Position numbers and translations under genes: made by a program
Assembly: GCA_964016885.1 (NCBI GenBank)
Contig: OZ024743.1
Coordinates: 361,646,001-361,710,000 of the forward strand
Origin: Eledone cirrhosa
Lineage: Eukaryota
DNA length: 64,000 nt
Direction: 5' to 3'
Notes under the pieces: model-generated
Seen by the model: only the letters and a program-made list of their open reading frames with translations
Databases searched by the model: none
Told to the model about the DNA's origin: nothing
In this document: piece by piece, positions 36,126 through 49,319 of the stretch
How the letters are laid out: every line of letters starts with the position of its first letter
Position numbering within the stretch: the stretch's first letter is position 1

Positions 36126-39100
36126 CATTACAGACGGCACAGAACGGTACGGGACGATACAAAGTGGGTTTTGGCCTTGTAAACATGTTATAACAAGATA
36201 GAAATCGGGATAGAGATCAAAAAGATTCAAACAACAAAAATTGCCCCAAAAGGGGGAAACCTCCGAGAGTCACTCGTGGGGAAAATCACACAAAGACCAC
36301 TGCCACTCTGACCACCAGGGCAAGCGCCCTCTCTCAGTTTTCCACTCTACAGTCTACAGGCGCATACTCAGAACGGGCCCGTTCACTAGAAACAGATTCG
36401 CCACTTTCACCCACCTTTCAACACACTTACTAGAAGACAGCATTTGCCTCTCCACCCTGATTTTCCTCTTCAAATGAAAGATTAAAAAGTTAATCAGGGA
36501 TTGGCCGGAGAGGAAAGTCTTCAACCCTTTCAACCTTGTCTACAATCCCTTTCGCCATGGCCACCAGGCAGATGAAAACTGCCTGCACTTACTCGTCTTT
36601 AAAGGAGGGCGGTGGGGCTATCTGCACAATAGACTCAGTCGATAACCGGATCCGTCCTACACGCGACAGCAGCTGTTCGACATAGCTCCACAAGTCAGCA
36701 ATCCTCAGGCACTGAACGAGTGCGAGCAGCACGGTTTCGTCGCCCTACGCGCATCTCGGACAAGGTCAGCTGACAGCACCTCCGTATCTGTAGAGCCTAT
36801 CTCGAACCGGGAACGCTCCCCGGTAGCATTGTCAGGCCAGGGATTTCTAGAAGTTATCCATAGGTCCCGGTCTGAAAGTTCTTTTGAAGAGAGCGAACAG
36901 CTGTCGTCTTCGACGCCCAGGTTCACCCCGAGAACGTCGTCCCTCTTCCCCTCCACTAACCCTCTATAGAACACCGAGATGGATGTTCCACCGATACTAG
37001 TGCCCAGCTGGTAGAGAGCGGTGAGCGCTTGGAGATATTCCAGCTTCCAAGCGCTATCCCTCGGTCCTTTCTTGATCCAGGACTGCAGCTCCGTCAAGGA
37101 GACGAGCTGGGGAAAGCGCGTATGGCAAACGGTGACCACACCTGTTCACTGTCAAGGAAGCACCAGAGATGTCGCAGTCCCAGCCCATGTTTGCGCATCA
37201 TCAGCCACGGCATGCCTAGTCCTCCACGCAACGGGTGTTGACAGCAAATGGATCGTCTGACCATGAGAGCACGCCCCTTCCACAAAAAGCGGAAGGGAAG
37301 GCGCTCCATTTTGATCAGAGTTGGGCGGGGGAAAGGTACGATGGTCAGGAGGTAGCAGATGACGGATGCGATGTACGCATTCGCCACCTCCGCCCGACCT
37401 TTCATAGACAGTCTCCTCTCTCTCGGCCCATTTCTGGGTGAGAGAGAGAGCACCCTGCTCGTCACTTCGCTTCAGTTTTTCTCTATATGGAGGTCTGGAC
37501 TGACCAGACCCCGAGCAATTTAACCGTTCCATCCATCCAGCGACCCACGACGCTGTCGAACGGCATGGAGTTGCCACTCCAGGTGCCGAGTTGCAAGCCC
37601 ACCGACTTTTCCTCGTTTATCTTTGCGCCTGACACCGCTTCGTATTCCTTGAGAGCGGTGCCGAGCATCTGGACGAGTTTGGTGCTCGACACCACCACGG
37701 TGACGTCGTCGGCGTAAGCTGACACGGATCTCCCGCATCCCAGTTCGCGTGGGACCGCCCTCATCGTGGATTGATCTGTCCAGAATGGCACATGTCTGCG
37801 CCTCTCCCACAGGATAGCCCGTGTGGCGAGATCCAAGCCTCTCCGAAAAAGCACAGCAACTTCTCCACCCGATCCTGGACGGCTGGGGGATGCGTATACA
37901 TCGTAGCCGCCGAAGATCGGTGCGAACGCTCAAGCTTCGGAGATTCTGGTCTCGCTGATGGTCACCACATCTATGTTTAGTGACCTGATGTCGTTGAGCA
38001 GGTGACCCTGCTTCCAAGATGACCAAGGCCACGTACATTTATACTGCCTATTCTAAGTACGGCCATGCTGGGTGAGGAACGGAGTAAGTGAGAAAGGATC
38101 ATGTGGGGAAGGGTCAGTAGAACCGTCCCTTCGGCTGGTCATGGGTGTCTCCAAGATGATATCTGTATAGATTCTCTTGGAGAGTGGCCCCCTGAAATCC
38201 CCAACTGCGTTAGAGAATTTTTGTTTGATTTGTTTGTAATCTTCAATTTCCGCAATGTTAATATTTTTGCGTAATGTTCTTGGTGTTGGTGTGGTGTTTT
38301 AATTTACGTCTGAAATATCGGTGTGCTGTTTTATATGTTCTATTAGTCCTTGATATGCAATGTTTATGGCTGTGTACTTTTTTTTAGGGAGGGGTGGTTT
38401 TGTTGCTGTTTTCTTGTTGCTGTTCGGTGTGTGTACTTTGTTGTGTTTGTGGTGATGCTAGTGGTGGTGTGGTTGTTGTTGATGGTAATGCTTGTGGTGG
38501 TGATTGTGATGGCGTTGCTGCAAGTCGGCTTGCAGCCTTTACCCTTCTTTGTTTGTGCTCTCTTTTGGAGGGTGAAGTTAAGTGGTTCTTTCGTTTTTGT
38601 TTTTTATGGCAGATTTTTGCCACTTCACTCCCGCCTCATACTCCATGTTGGATTCCCTGGCGTCTGGGAGGGGTATGTGCTCCACGGCTGTTGGTGGTGG
38701 TAGTATAGAACTCTCCGGCGATTTTGTTGCTGGTACAGCTACTGCAAATGTAGCTACTGGTATTGCCACCACTGCTGCCGCTGTTTTAGTTGTCCGTGGC
38801 CTTGCCTTGGCATGGGTACCACGGACGTTGCCCTCCTACTCACCGTGGAGGGTCTTCTGCCTCTGTTGCCTGCCCTGTTATTGGTAGCAGCGGATCAGGT
38901 ATCGGAAGGAAGGGTGGCCCTTTTCTTGTCTTCTGCGGGTAAAATGCTCTGTGGTGACCCTTTTGCCCACAGAGATAACACTTAGAGCGCCTTCCTTCCA
39001 AACTTATAGGCACTTGGAGTCCTTGCTGGAGGTCTATGGTATCTGGGATGGCCTCGATACACTCCTGGTCAGTGTGTATTAACATTTTCATGCCTATACC

Positions 39101-40290
39101 AGACTAGTTCTCTCTTCCCATTCTCTGTATTTGCAGTATGGTGGTCCTGTCCTCGATTCTAGCAAGGATAGACGCGGACAGCCAGGGTATGGGCACGTCG
39201 GGTGGGACCTGTGTCACTTTGACCCTCACAATTTTCTGATTTTCTGCCCGCAGTAGGAGGGCACCAAGACTATCTCCTCACTCTTTAGGGTTTCCAAAGA
39301 GTGAAACTTCGCCTCTTGGCGGGTGGAGAAAAGTACGTCTACTGTGGCATACTTTTTGCCTCGGCAGATATGGGTTTTGCGCGCCCAGACGCACCCCAAG
39401 GGCTTTAAGATTTGAGCCTCCGTGGCTCTGTCCACCCGAGGTGACGTTTTGCTTACAGTGCGGTAAGTAACCGTCCGTAGCAGCCCGTCCTTGAAAAAAC
39501 CGGGTGAAGGTTTCAGGGAAACTCTATTGCCGTTTCTTGTCACCATGGCCCTTGCTACTGCCATCTCCTCCTCCGTGACTAGCACCGTTTCTATACTTCG
39601 GGCCACACCTGCGAAAGTAATGGCCTCTTTTCCAGCGGCACCATTATTGCTGCCGCTACTGCTGCTACTGGTTTTGTTGTTGGTGCTGCTGCTGTTGATA
39701 CTGCTACAAACGGTGTTGTTGGTTTTGTTGCTGTTATCACTGTTGTAGTGGGTTGTGTTTTTGGTGCCACCGTTGTTGTTGTTTTCGGTGCAATTTGTAT
39801 TGTTGCTGTTGGTGTTGTCGTTATTTATTTTCTTGTTAATAACGTTGTTACATTTGTTGTCAATTTTTTATGTTGTCTGTATTTTGGTTGTCGCTGTTAT
39901 TGTTGTAGTTAGTGTGGTAATTTTTTTAAAATTAGTGTTTTCAGTGTTGTTGTCGTTGCTGTCTTTCTTCACGTTGTTTGTGACGTTGTTTGTTGTGTCA
40001 ATTTCTGTGTTCGCTGTAACCCTCCTCTCAACTTTTACGCCGTTGTCACACGATAGCAGACACATCGATGAGAGGTGGGGTGGCTCAGCCATGTTTTTTT
40101 TTTTTGTGGGGAGGGGGGGGGGGTAATTTTAAAAAGTAATATGTTCAAATATTTGGGCCAAAAGGCCCAAATATTATACTTTCCCCTTCACAAGGCAAAG
40201 TCCAAGGGCTTATATCCCTTAAACAAAAATTAAACAATAAACATTAATGACAGGTAAATAAAGAGACTTACGAAGAGCGAGCAAAAAGAC
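36126..40290 (-). mobile_element. Tx1-like element (subfamily A1) with ORF1 and two large ORF2 deletions
   Basis: ORF1 CYLCGQKGHHRAF at ~38940-38990. The APE N-terminus (37810-38065) is fused through a ~45-bp RT piece to the YADD region. The 5' boundary is approximate. Confidence 0.85.
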
Positions 40291-40294
40291 GTCC

Positions 40295-41903
40295 GTGTTC
40301 GACATAAACCCACAAGTCACCAATGCTCGGACACTGCACGAGTGCGCGCAGGACGGTTTCGTCGCCCTGCGCGCATCTCGGACATGCCCGGCTGACGGCA
40401 CCTCCATGTCTGTAGAGTTTATCCCGAACTGGCAAAGCTCCTCGGTAGCACTGCCAGGCCAGGTATTTCTGGAAGTTGTCCATGGGCCCCGGCCGGAAAG
40501 TTCTCCCGAAGAGATTGGCTAGTTAATTTCCGTCGACGCCCAGCGTCTCCCCAAGGACGTCGTTGCTCTTCCCTCAACTAACCCTCTATAGTACACCAAG
40601 GTGGTGTTTCCACCGATCGCATTTCCCGACTGGTCGTGGGCTGTAAGTGCCTGAAGACATTCCAGTCTCCAAGCGCTCGCTCTCGGTTTTCGCTTGACCC
40701 AGAACTAGCAAACGCCGACCACACCTGGTCGCTGTCAGGAAGAAGTGGAGATCCCGTAGCCTGAGCGCGTGTCTTCGCATCATCAGACATGGCATGCCCA
40801 GCCCTCCGCGTAGCGTGTGTTTACAGCAGATGGACCGCCTGACCATTGGAGCACGTCCACAAAAAGCGAATGATCAAACACTCCAGCGCAGTTAGGCGAG
40901 GCTTAGGACAAGGCATGATGGTGAGGCAGTAGTAGATGACGGACGCGATGTACATGTTCACCACTTCGGCTCGACCTTTCAGGGATAGCTTCCTCTCGGC
41001 CCATTTCTGGGTGAGAGAGGCCACCCCGCTCGTTACCTCGTCCCAGTTGTTGTCCGTCTGGAGTCCGAACCAGGCCCCTAGCAATGTAACCAGTCAGTTG
41101 GACGGTATGGACCTGTCTCTCCAGGTGCCGAGCTCCGATCATTGCTTCTGTCACCGCCTCGTGTTCTCTTAGTGTGGTGCCGATCGCCTCGATGTGTTTG
41201 GCGTTCGACACCACTACGGTGACGTCACTTGCATATGCTGACACGGTTCTTCCGCATCCCAGTTCGCGCGGGACCCCCGTCAACGTCTCCAGTTTGTGCA
41301 GTAATGGCTCGAGAGTCAATTCGATCTACTGCATGACGTGGAGGTTGTCGGGATGAATCTGTCTGGAATGGCGCTTGTCTGCGCCTCTCCCGCCAGACCG
41401 CAGACAGGCGCCAACTTCTTTGATAGCACCTTGGCCAAAATCTTGAACTCTGTGTTTAGCAGAGTTATTGGTCTGAAATTATCTATGTTATCCCCCCCTG
41501 TTCGGATCCTTTCTCAGCAGCGCCAACGCTTCTTGGCTCACGGAGCTGGGAATTCTCCCGTTCTGCTACTAGGTGCAGTAGACGTCCGCCAAGAGGTCTC
41601 CAAACAAGTTTGGCATATGTACGTAACGTTCGTAGGGCAGACCATCCAAAGCAGCCGATTTACCCATTGTGCAGCCAGTCTTTGCCTCCTGTACTTCAGC
41701 GGCTGTTATTGGCTTTTCGCAACACTCCGTCTCAGTGGCCAAGAGCCGCGGCAGTCTGTCGAGGTAGGCATTAAATTCCATCCCGCGATCCGGCTCGCCG
41801 CTGCCCACGAACAGCTGAGCGAAGAGCCCCTGAAAATCCTCACCCATTTGCCCGGGATCGAGTAGCATGCGCCCGTCGTGGTCCGTCAAAGACCGGATCG
41901 TGC
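40295..41903 (-). mobile_element. Tx1-like internal ORF2 fragment (subfamily A2), degraded
   Basis: TIRSLTD, LDGLPYE, LEPLLHKLE, WQCYRGALPVRDKLY, CPRC...ALVQC. Confidence 0.88.
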
Positions 41904-41974
41904 CATAATAATTGAGTATTTCAGAAGGATTCGGAAAATTCTGAAGCAAACTAATTTAAAGCAACATGATTATA

Positions 41975-42400
41975 ATAATTAATACAAGTGCTGTGTCACG
42001 GATATATTATAGAGTATTATAGAGTTGGTGCTATAGACTGGACTGAAATGGAGACCCAAGCAATGCACAGGAAAACCAGAAAATTGTGGACCATGCATGA
42101 TGCACATCCTCCAAGAGCAGACTCGGAACAGCTGTATATGGGAGAAGACATGACGTATTGATATCGATGTCAGTGAGCGTGAAAAAGAAAATCATATTTA
42201 ATTACTTAGATCAAAGCAAAGAAGGTCTGTTCAGAGCAGTAAAAAGTGAACTTGTATTAAAGAAAGAGAATAAAAGAAAACGTAAGGGTGCTGTGCATGC
42301 ATAACGATTTAAGAGACAGGAAAGCATTACATTGAAACATTTGAAAAAGAAGTCTAAAGAGAAAAACGGGAAGCACCATCATAGCTGCTCATGACTGAGC
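41975..42400 (+). mobile_element. R4/Dong-like LINE remnant (post-RT region)
   Basis: Translates to INTSAVS...GAIDWTEMETQAMHRKTRKLWTMHDAHPPRADSEQLY, resembling R4-clade sequence just after the RT. Confidence 0.55.
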
Positions 42401-42761
42401 TATCAAAACCAATAACATTAGGAAACATATGCAAGGTATACATATCCCAATGTACAAGGTGTGGATGTATAAGGAGACAGTCACACAAAGTCACACATGA
42501 TACCTATGGCCAGTTCAGGCCCTGCTTCATGGTAAGGTGGTCGGCGACTAAACCGTCTCCCCACCAGAATCTGTTGAGGAGGTTAAGTGAAGCTCCAGGA
42601 GTACAAAATACAAAGCTGTTAAAAGAGTGGATGAATTCCATTCCTCGGCGGCAACGATCATCATCCATGCTATAGACGAGGATTAGATTGTAAGGCCACT
42701 GGTTATGGTACGCTATCACACAATATTTGGATTTTCAACACCTTATCTGAAAAAACAATCC

Positions 42762-42948
42762 AATAATTGTTTCTACTTTAGGCACAAGGCCAGCAATCAC
42801 CCAGTGCATTACTGGTACTTTATTTTATCGACCCCGTAAGGATGAAAGGCAAAGTCAACCTCGGCGGGATTTGAACTCAGATCATAAAGGGACGTAACTA
42901 TGCTGGAAAGCATGGCGTCCGACCCTCTACCGATACTCCCAATCCACT
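42762..42948 (-). mobile_element. tRNA-type SINE, full-length copy
   Basis: Reverse complement of 16507-16695. Confidence 0.85.
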
Positions 42949-43967
42949 TAATTAGAACTCTTCTACATGAGAGATACGTCTTTAACTCGAGATAGGATTT
43001 CAATAAACAAAGTCATTCCATCATATCACCAAAAGTTACTAATGTCTCCTTTCACTTTTAAGACAAAAGTAGTAAGTTTATGAATCTATCGTGGGGTGTG
43101 TTTCATGATGTTTGTTATGGTTGACGCAGAGTATATGCAGGTTTGGAGTATATTTTTGCAAGATAGAAGTCATACCTTGTTGAGCAAGCCTTGCGGTACA
43201 AACGAATCTTATATATCCTTGCTGGGCACTAAAATACATTGCATCAACGTCTATACCATGAAAAAAACAGTAATTTACATTCTGTTCTTTGCCACAAGAT
43301 AACGCAGGAGCATAAACAGAGAAAAGCCGACACTGAGATTCCGGTGCTACAGACTGGGACGTGATAGTAGATTCGAAGAAAGCCCCACGTGACCATAAAC
43401 CATATATCAAAAAGGAAACTGTTCTCTGGAATATAGCACGAGTTGATTTGTCAAAAACACCCTGATTATTTAATTAACCATGCTGTGGGGATGCAATATG
43501 AAAAGTAGGAAAGGCCTAAGATCTGAAGAACTGAAGAAATTTTGTGTTGAGAATGGCAGAGCAGAATGTTTCCATTATTTCATACCTAACTGCCTAACAA
43601 TTGACATGCGAAGGGTAGAGCGCTATTTTGAAAATGACAGCGGGAAAGATAAAATGTTTCGTCATGTAGTAAAACCAAATAGTTGTTGCGTAGTTGGAGC
43701 AGTGACAGCTCGAACCAGCTGGGTGGGTTGACTGCTTGAATGAGAAAGAGAAATGGTTTGGTTCAGTTGAAAGCTTCAGAAATCATTGCAATCTGCAAAC
43801 AATATTGCATAAATATATGCATTCGTATGCACGTATTTACGTATGTGCGTACGTATGTGCGTATGAATGTACGTATGTATGTACCTATGTACCTATCTAT
43901 GTATGTACGTACGAATGTATGTATGCATATATGTATATGTGTATGTATATATGTGTGTATGTAAGTA

Positions 43968-44034
<67 letters not shown>

Positions 44035-44035
<1 letters not shown>

Positions 44036-44140
44036 TTTTCTTTATTAACCACAAGGGTTCACATAAAGTAGACATTAAGGACAGTACAGGACAATACAGG
44101 ACGGTACAAATGGGCATTTCTGCGTGTAAAAAAACAGAGG
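44035..44140 (-). mobile_element. ~105-bp 3'-terminal stub of Tx1 subfamily A2 with (TAA)n on both sides
   Basis: Nearly identical to 28805-28911; (TAA)n at 43986-44034 and ~44146-44165. Confidence 0.9.
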
Positions 44141-44199
44141 TTGAAATAATAATAATAATAATAATCTCAATCTTGTTGAGCAAGCCTTATAATAATAAT

Positions 44200-44507
44200 C
44201 TCAATCTTGTGGAACTTTAGCATCCAAACAGACCGAAAAATAGATGCAAAGAGACCTGATATAACATTGAAAGACTTTGAAAAGAGGGTATGCCTGCTAA
44301 TTGATATGTCTGTTCCAATAGACAAGAATATATCTATAAAAACATTTGAAAAATTGAGCAAGTATAAGGACCTGGAGATAGAAATTGGAAAAATGTGGAA
44401 ATTGAGAACTAAAACAATACCAGTGGTTGTAGGCGCTCTGGGAATGATACCTAAGGGGTCTAATGATTACTTATCGTAAATCCCAGGAAACCCGCGTATA
44501 GGAGAAA
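44200..44507 (+). mobile_element. R4/Dong-like LINE fragment, restriction-like endonuclease domain
   Basis: ILWNFSIQTDRKIDAKRPDI...LIDMSVP.D.NI..K..EK..KY..L...MW.....IPVVVGALG (PD..D..K motif). Confidence 0.75.
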
Positions 44508-45070
44508 TACTGTACTTACTATATGTGCCTTTACTGCCGTTTCTGATCCCAAACTATACAGATAATCCAAGCGGATTTACATTGAGAAAGAGATCGTCGT
44601 CAGAAAGCTTTTCTCACTCGGAGAATATAAAATTCTCGAGTTCAAATCACAAACTGGCGCCACACACAATTGTTCCCGAATAAGAGTGAATGAGAGATGA
44701 AACAATTCTGCCTGGTACCGTGTGCAAAAGCAAAGACTAGGTGGACAGGTCAATGTACTGCTACAAAAAATAGCAGCCGTTCAAATGACCAAATATTTCT
44801 CTACCGTAGGGGAGAATAGTAATAAAAGTATGTATTCCTATGTGTAAATAATACACACAGGGATACAGTATTTTCCAACCGTATGCCAGTGTGGTTCGAT
44901 GTTAAGTTAATAAATTAACATGCCAGAACATATAAAATAAAGGTCAAGCAAATAGAGAAAAAGTTTTTAAATAATTTTCAAAATATTTTACTGTACTTAC
45001 TATATGTGCCTTTACCGCGGTTTCTGATCCCAAACTAAACAGATAATCCAAGCGGATTTCCATTGAGAAA
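44508..45070. repeat. 82-bp direct repeat (44508-44589 and 44989-45070), period 481 bp
   Basis: TACTGTACTTACTATATGTGCCTTTAC...GATAATCCAAGCGGATTT.CATTGAGAAA occurs twice with ~4 substitutions. Confidence 0.9.
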
Positions 45071-45635
45071 TGTATGTGTGTATGTATGCATGGATGTATG
45101 AATATTTATATGTATGTATGCATATGACTGCATGCATACATGTGTGAATTTATATATGCATGTATGTATGTATGTAATTAGGTAAGTATGTAGGTATGTA
45201 TGGGGGGTCTTTCCTTATATTCTAAGGGTAATTTACACAATTCTCTCAAGTATTAAAAATCTTAAAACTTTAAACATATAGACAGCAAATAGTAAAGCTA
45301 CTAGGCTATGCAAACATATTTCTACTTATTTATAAAACAAACCTAAAATACTGCACTTAGGCAAGGCAGACAAAACTTCGCTTGGTTATGTAGTGAACAA
45401 ACGCAACAAAAATAACAAAAATAATAAAGGTTTCATCTTAACTGACAGGCCAACAAATTTGATTGTGTGGAGGCAGTTATAAGGAACCCAGTCTTTGCTT
45501 CATATTTTGTTATATCGATCTCATTGTGATTAAATGCCGATGTGGGATTAGAACTCAGAACGTAAACAACTAGTACAAATTTTGCAAAGCATTTTGTTCA
45601 ACAGCCTTACGATTTCGCATATTTACCACCCTTAA

Positions 45636-45840
45636 TAATAATTCCTTCTAAAATTGCCAGCAATTTGGAGGAAGGAAATGTTGATAATATCGAATCCAGT
45701 ACATAACTGATACTATATTTAATTAATTGGCATCGGAAGGATGAAAGGGACAATTTGACCTCGGCGGGATTTGACCTCAGAATAAACAGAGGCGAGAAAA
45801 ATACTGCAAAACAATTTGTCCAACGCTCTAACAATTTTCA
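45636..45840 (-). mobile_element. Diverged tRNA-type SINE
   Basis: GAAGGATGAAAGG...TTGACCTCGGCGGGATTTGA on the + strand is the reverse complement of the SINE core and B box. Confidence 0.65.
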
Positions 45841-46292
45841 AACACCACCGTCCCTATATATAATACAACTATCCTAATATTAAAAAACTCAAAGAAAAAC
45901 GTTTTTAAATAATATGACTACGAAGCTGTAATAATTTCAATAGGAATGTTTTTTTCAAAAGATATTTTTCCCTGTCTGATTTTTAGCCGAAGTGAACATG
46001 CATTGATAGTGACAATAGAGTTGAAATAAGTCCACAGGAGGAGTGGAGGTAATTATTTCCAGAAATATTACTTCCCATTACGAATGAATGCATAAATGCC
46101 AATTTTTCACTCACATGGAGTTATTCAGAAAGACAAGTTTCCTCAAAGAGCCTAATGTAATATTATGCATATACGTATGTATGTGTGTAAATATATATGT
46201 ATGTATGTATCTATGTATCTATGCACATGTATGTACGTATGAATGTATGTATATATGTATCTATGTGCGTGTACATGTACGTATGATATATG

Positions 46293-46335
<43 letters not shown>

Positions 46336-46792
46336 ATGTATTACGTACCTGTGAATGTATGCACGTTTATGTATGTATCCATCAATGTATGGATAAATTG
46401 ACGGATGGATTTCTGAAATATATGTATATATCTGTGTGTATGTAAATATGTAAGTCGCAGTTTATATGCATCCATAATGGTTAAAATAGTTCTGGACTAC
46501 ATCGAAATACAGCGCAATAACTTACTATATGTATCTGTGCCTCCGTGCACGCGTTTCTGCCTATGAGTACGCATATATATATATGTGTGTGTGGGTGGGT
46601 GTGGGTGTGTGTGTGCCTGTCTGTCCGTGTGTGTCTGTGTGTGTGAGAGAGAGAGTGAGAAAGCGTGTTTATGTTGTTGTTTGATCTCCGACATGCCCGA
46701 CGAGTGCTCCAGTTTTCTCCTAAAAATGTCTGTATATTCCGTAGATACGTGCACCATTAACATAGTTCTCAGAGACATTACACGTGACAAAA

Positions 46793-47065
46793 ATGTGTGG
46801 CAACATGGCCGCTTGAATTACAGGCACAACTGGACTGGAGCAACGAGAAATAACTTAGCTTCCATACTTATGTAATGCAGCGCCTGTTCCAGGCTTCAAA
46901 CTCACAATTTTATGATCATCGTGGCACGATGTGTAGCAACCTGGCTGCTTGAATCACAGGTACAACTTGACAGGAGCAACTAGAAATAAATCAGCTTCCA
47001 CATGTACGTAATGGAGCAGCTTCTCCAGGCATCGAACTCACGATCTTATAATCGCGAACGACACG
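46793..47065. repeat. Diverged tandem duplication, 2 x ~136 bp
   Basis: ATGTGT.GCAAC.TGGC.GCTTGAAT.ACAGG.ACAACT.GAC.GGAGCAAC.AGAAATAA starts at 46793 and again at 46929. Confidence 0.85.
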
Positions 47066-47239
47066 CCTTATCCACTAACCTACACGCACACATACACGCG
47101 CATATATATATATATATTGGGAGGATCTTACTGCCAATAATAATATGCGCATCAATTTCGATTTACATGTTTTCATATCAAGAATCTTGCAAAACAAATA
47201 TAAAATACAAAAATTGTGCATATATATAAATATATATAC

Positions 47240-47305
<66 letters not shown>

Positions 47306-47552
47306 CATTTTCTCAGACATGACATCTATATTTTTGTAAGTAATACATATGTCCATGTGTGTGTGTGTGTATGTATGTTTGACTCAATGAATGTATTCAT
47401 ACATGCTTCTATGTGATAGAACATTTGAAAGGTGTAAACTCAGTATTCACCCACGTTTAAATTGTATCTTCTCACTTATGTATGCTACACTTTCCACCCT
47501 ATCTCTCTTTCTCTTTCTCCCTCTATTTCTTTCCTTTCTCTTTCTCCCTGCC

Positions 47553-47597
<45 letters not shown>

Positions 47598-49319
47598 CCT
47601 GCAACACATGCTTGGTATTTTATATAGTAATTGTGTAATTCTTTGGACAGAATTTTGTTGTTTTTACTTACATTTTTCTCTTTCTTATTTTGCATTTGTG
47701 AGGCTAAAACATCAATATGTGGAATACTGATGCACTACTTTATATAACTGTACAGTTCTTTTAGTTGTTTTCTTTTTGGTCTGACATAATAAACTCTAGA
47801 AGTTCCTGTAGATGCAGACAATCAAGTACCGATGGAATAGAAAAAACGTGATCACTTATATAACTCTCGATTGAATATATGAACGAATGAATGACTCACT
47901 GAATGCATGGAATGAGTGAGTGGGTGAATAATGAAGGAGTGAATCAAATGAATGAATGAATTACGGGAATGGAGATTTGAAATTTAGTCTGGGGTTTTAA
48001 AGAAGGTTGTTCGCTCAACAGAATAAAAAGTGAATGGAACAATCAATACCCCATGGCTCAAGGTTTTTCAACAGAACTAAATTCTCTATAGAAGATTGTT
48101 GTTATGTTGTTTCTATATATTTTATACTCTCATATCGTGAATGTATGTATTTATATATAGATGTATGTGTGTATTCGTGCATGTATGCATGGTAGAAGCA
48201 TGTCCAAGTAGTTAAAGAATTTTATTTGCAAGCATAAGGTCAAATATTTTCTTCCTAAATATTCTAACATTGCTTTCCAGTATGTATCGATTGCTCCTTT
48301 CTGGCGTTAGCACCGTAGACACTTCATATATATAGAGTAGTGAAAAAAAAGGAGGTTTTATACAAAGTTGGTATCGCACTCCGTCAAAAGGACGAGTTCG
48401 GTATATGGTTAGTTCCACAATAAATTTACAAACCATACTTGAGGACTCGTGTTTCACTCGAAGGATTCTTTAACTCATGTATGGTTCTAGCGAAAACGGA
48501 AGTATTTATGAGCTGGCTGGATTTTGCGCAGATGTCAGTAATTGATTATGTGACAAGGGAGGTAACTCGGGTATGACTGTTCTATTTGAATACGATCTCC
48601 TGTGATAGTTAAGCCCGTATTAATCATCTGGTTTTCCTCGGTCCTTCCACTTACGTATGAAACCTTCGCAGTATGGTGGCAGCGATTAAAAGTCGGCCCT
48701 CAGGTTAAGGCACGCACTGTTACGTAACCTCTACAAGATATTTGTTTCTTCAGAGATGCTCAACTTACAAGACTTTGTACCATTTACGCGTGGTTTCGAT
48801 TTACTGAGGATTTTCCTTTCGATAGGAGAGATCAGGCCCGATTCATTGAGTGTCCATACGAGGCAATCGTTGCAAAATAAGAAGAGCTATTGTTTTCATT
48901 ATCGGATGTCTTCCTGTTGTTGAATGTTATTGTTTATTTTTTCTGTTTAATCAGAAATAGTAAGACATAACATGTGATATTTGGCCGTGAGTAATTGAGG
49001 AAGGGTAGGGAGGAAGGTATCCTCAAACCACAGATATAACAAATGCTGGCCATACATTGGAATCCACTAAATGAACTGGATAATGGTATTAAACCAGGTG
49101 ATGAATGAATTCTACAATGTAAATAGGCCAGAGCGGGATTTGAACACAAACAGACGAAATAAATAAGGCACTGTGTCTTATTTCACGCTCTACTTACTGC
49201 ATCAATTTAGCGCCATGTTCTGATACTTAATTTAATTGATCCGAAAAGAACATAAAACAATGTCTACATCGTTATAAAAAAAGAAATGATGCCAAATTAT
49301 ACTCCTTGCTATTGAAATA

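Noticed and set aside
43080-43730. Host exon or CR1/L2 remnant
   Set aside because: Only faint LINE-like wording and no reliable motif or splice pattern; left uncalled.
48200-48900. Host coding exon
   Set aside because: Complex sequence but only short ORFs without recognisable motifs; cannot be supported without a search.
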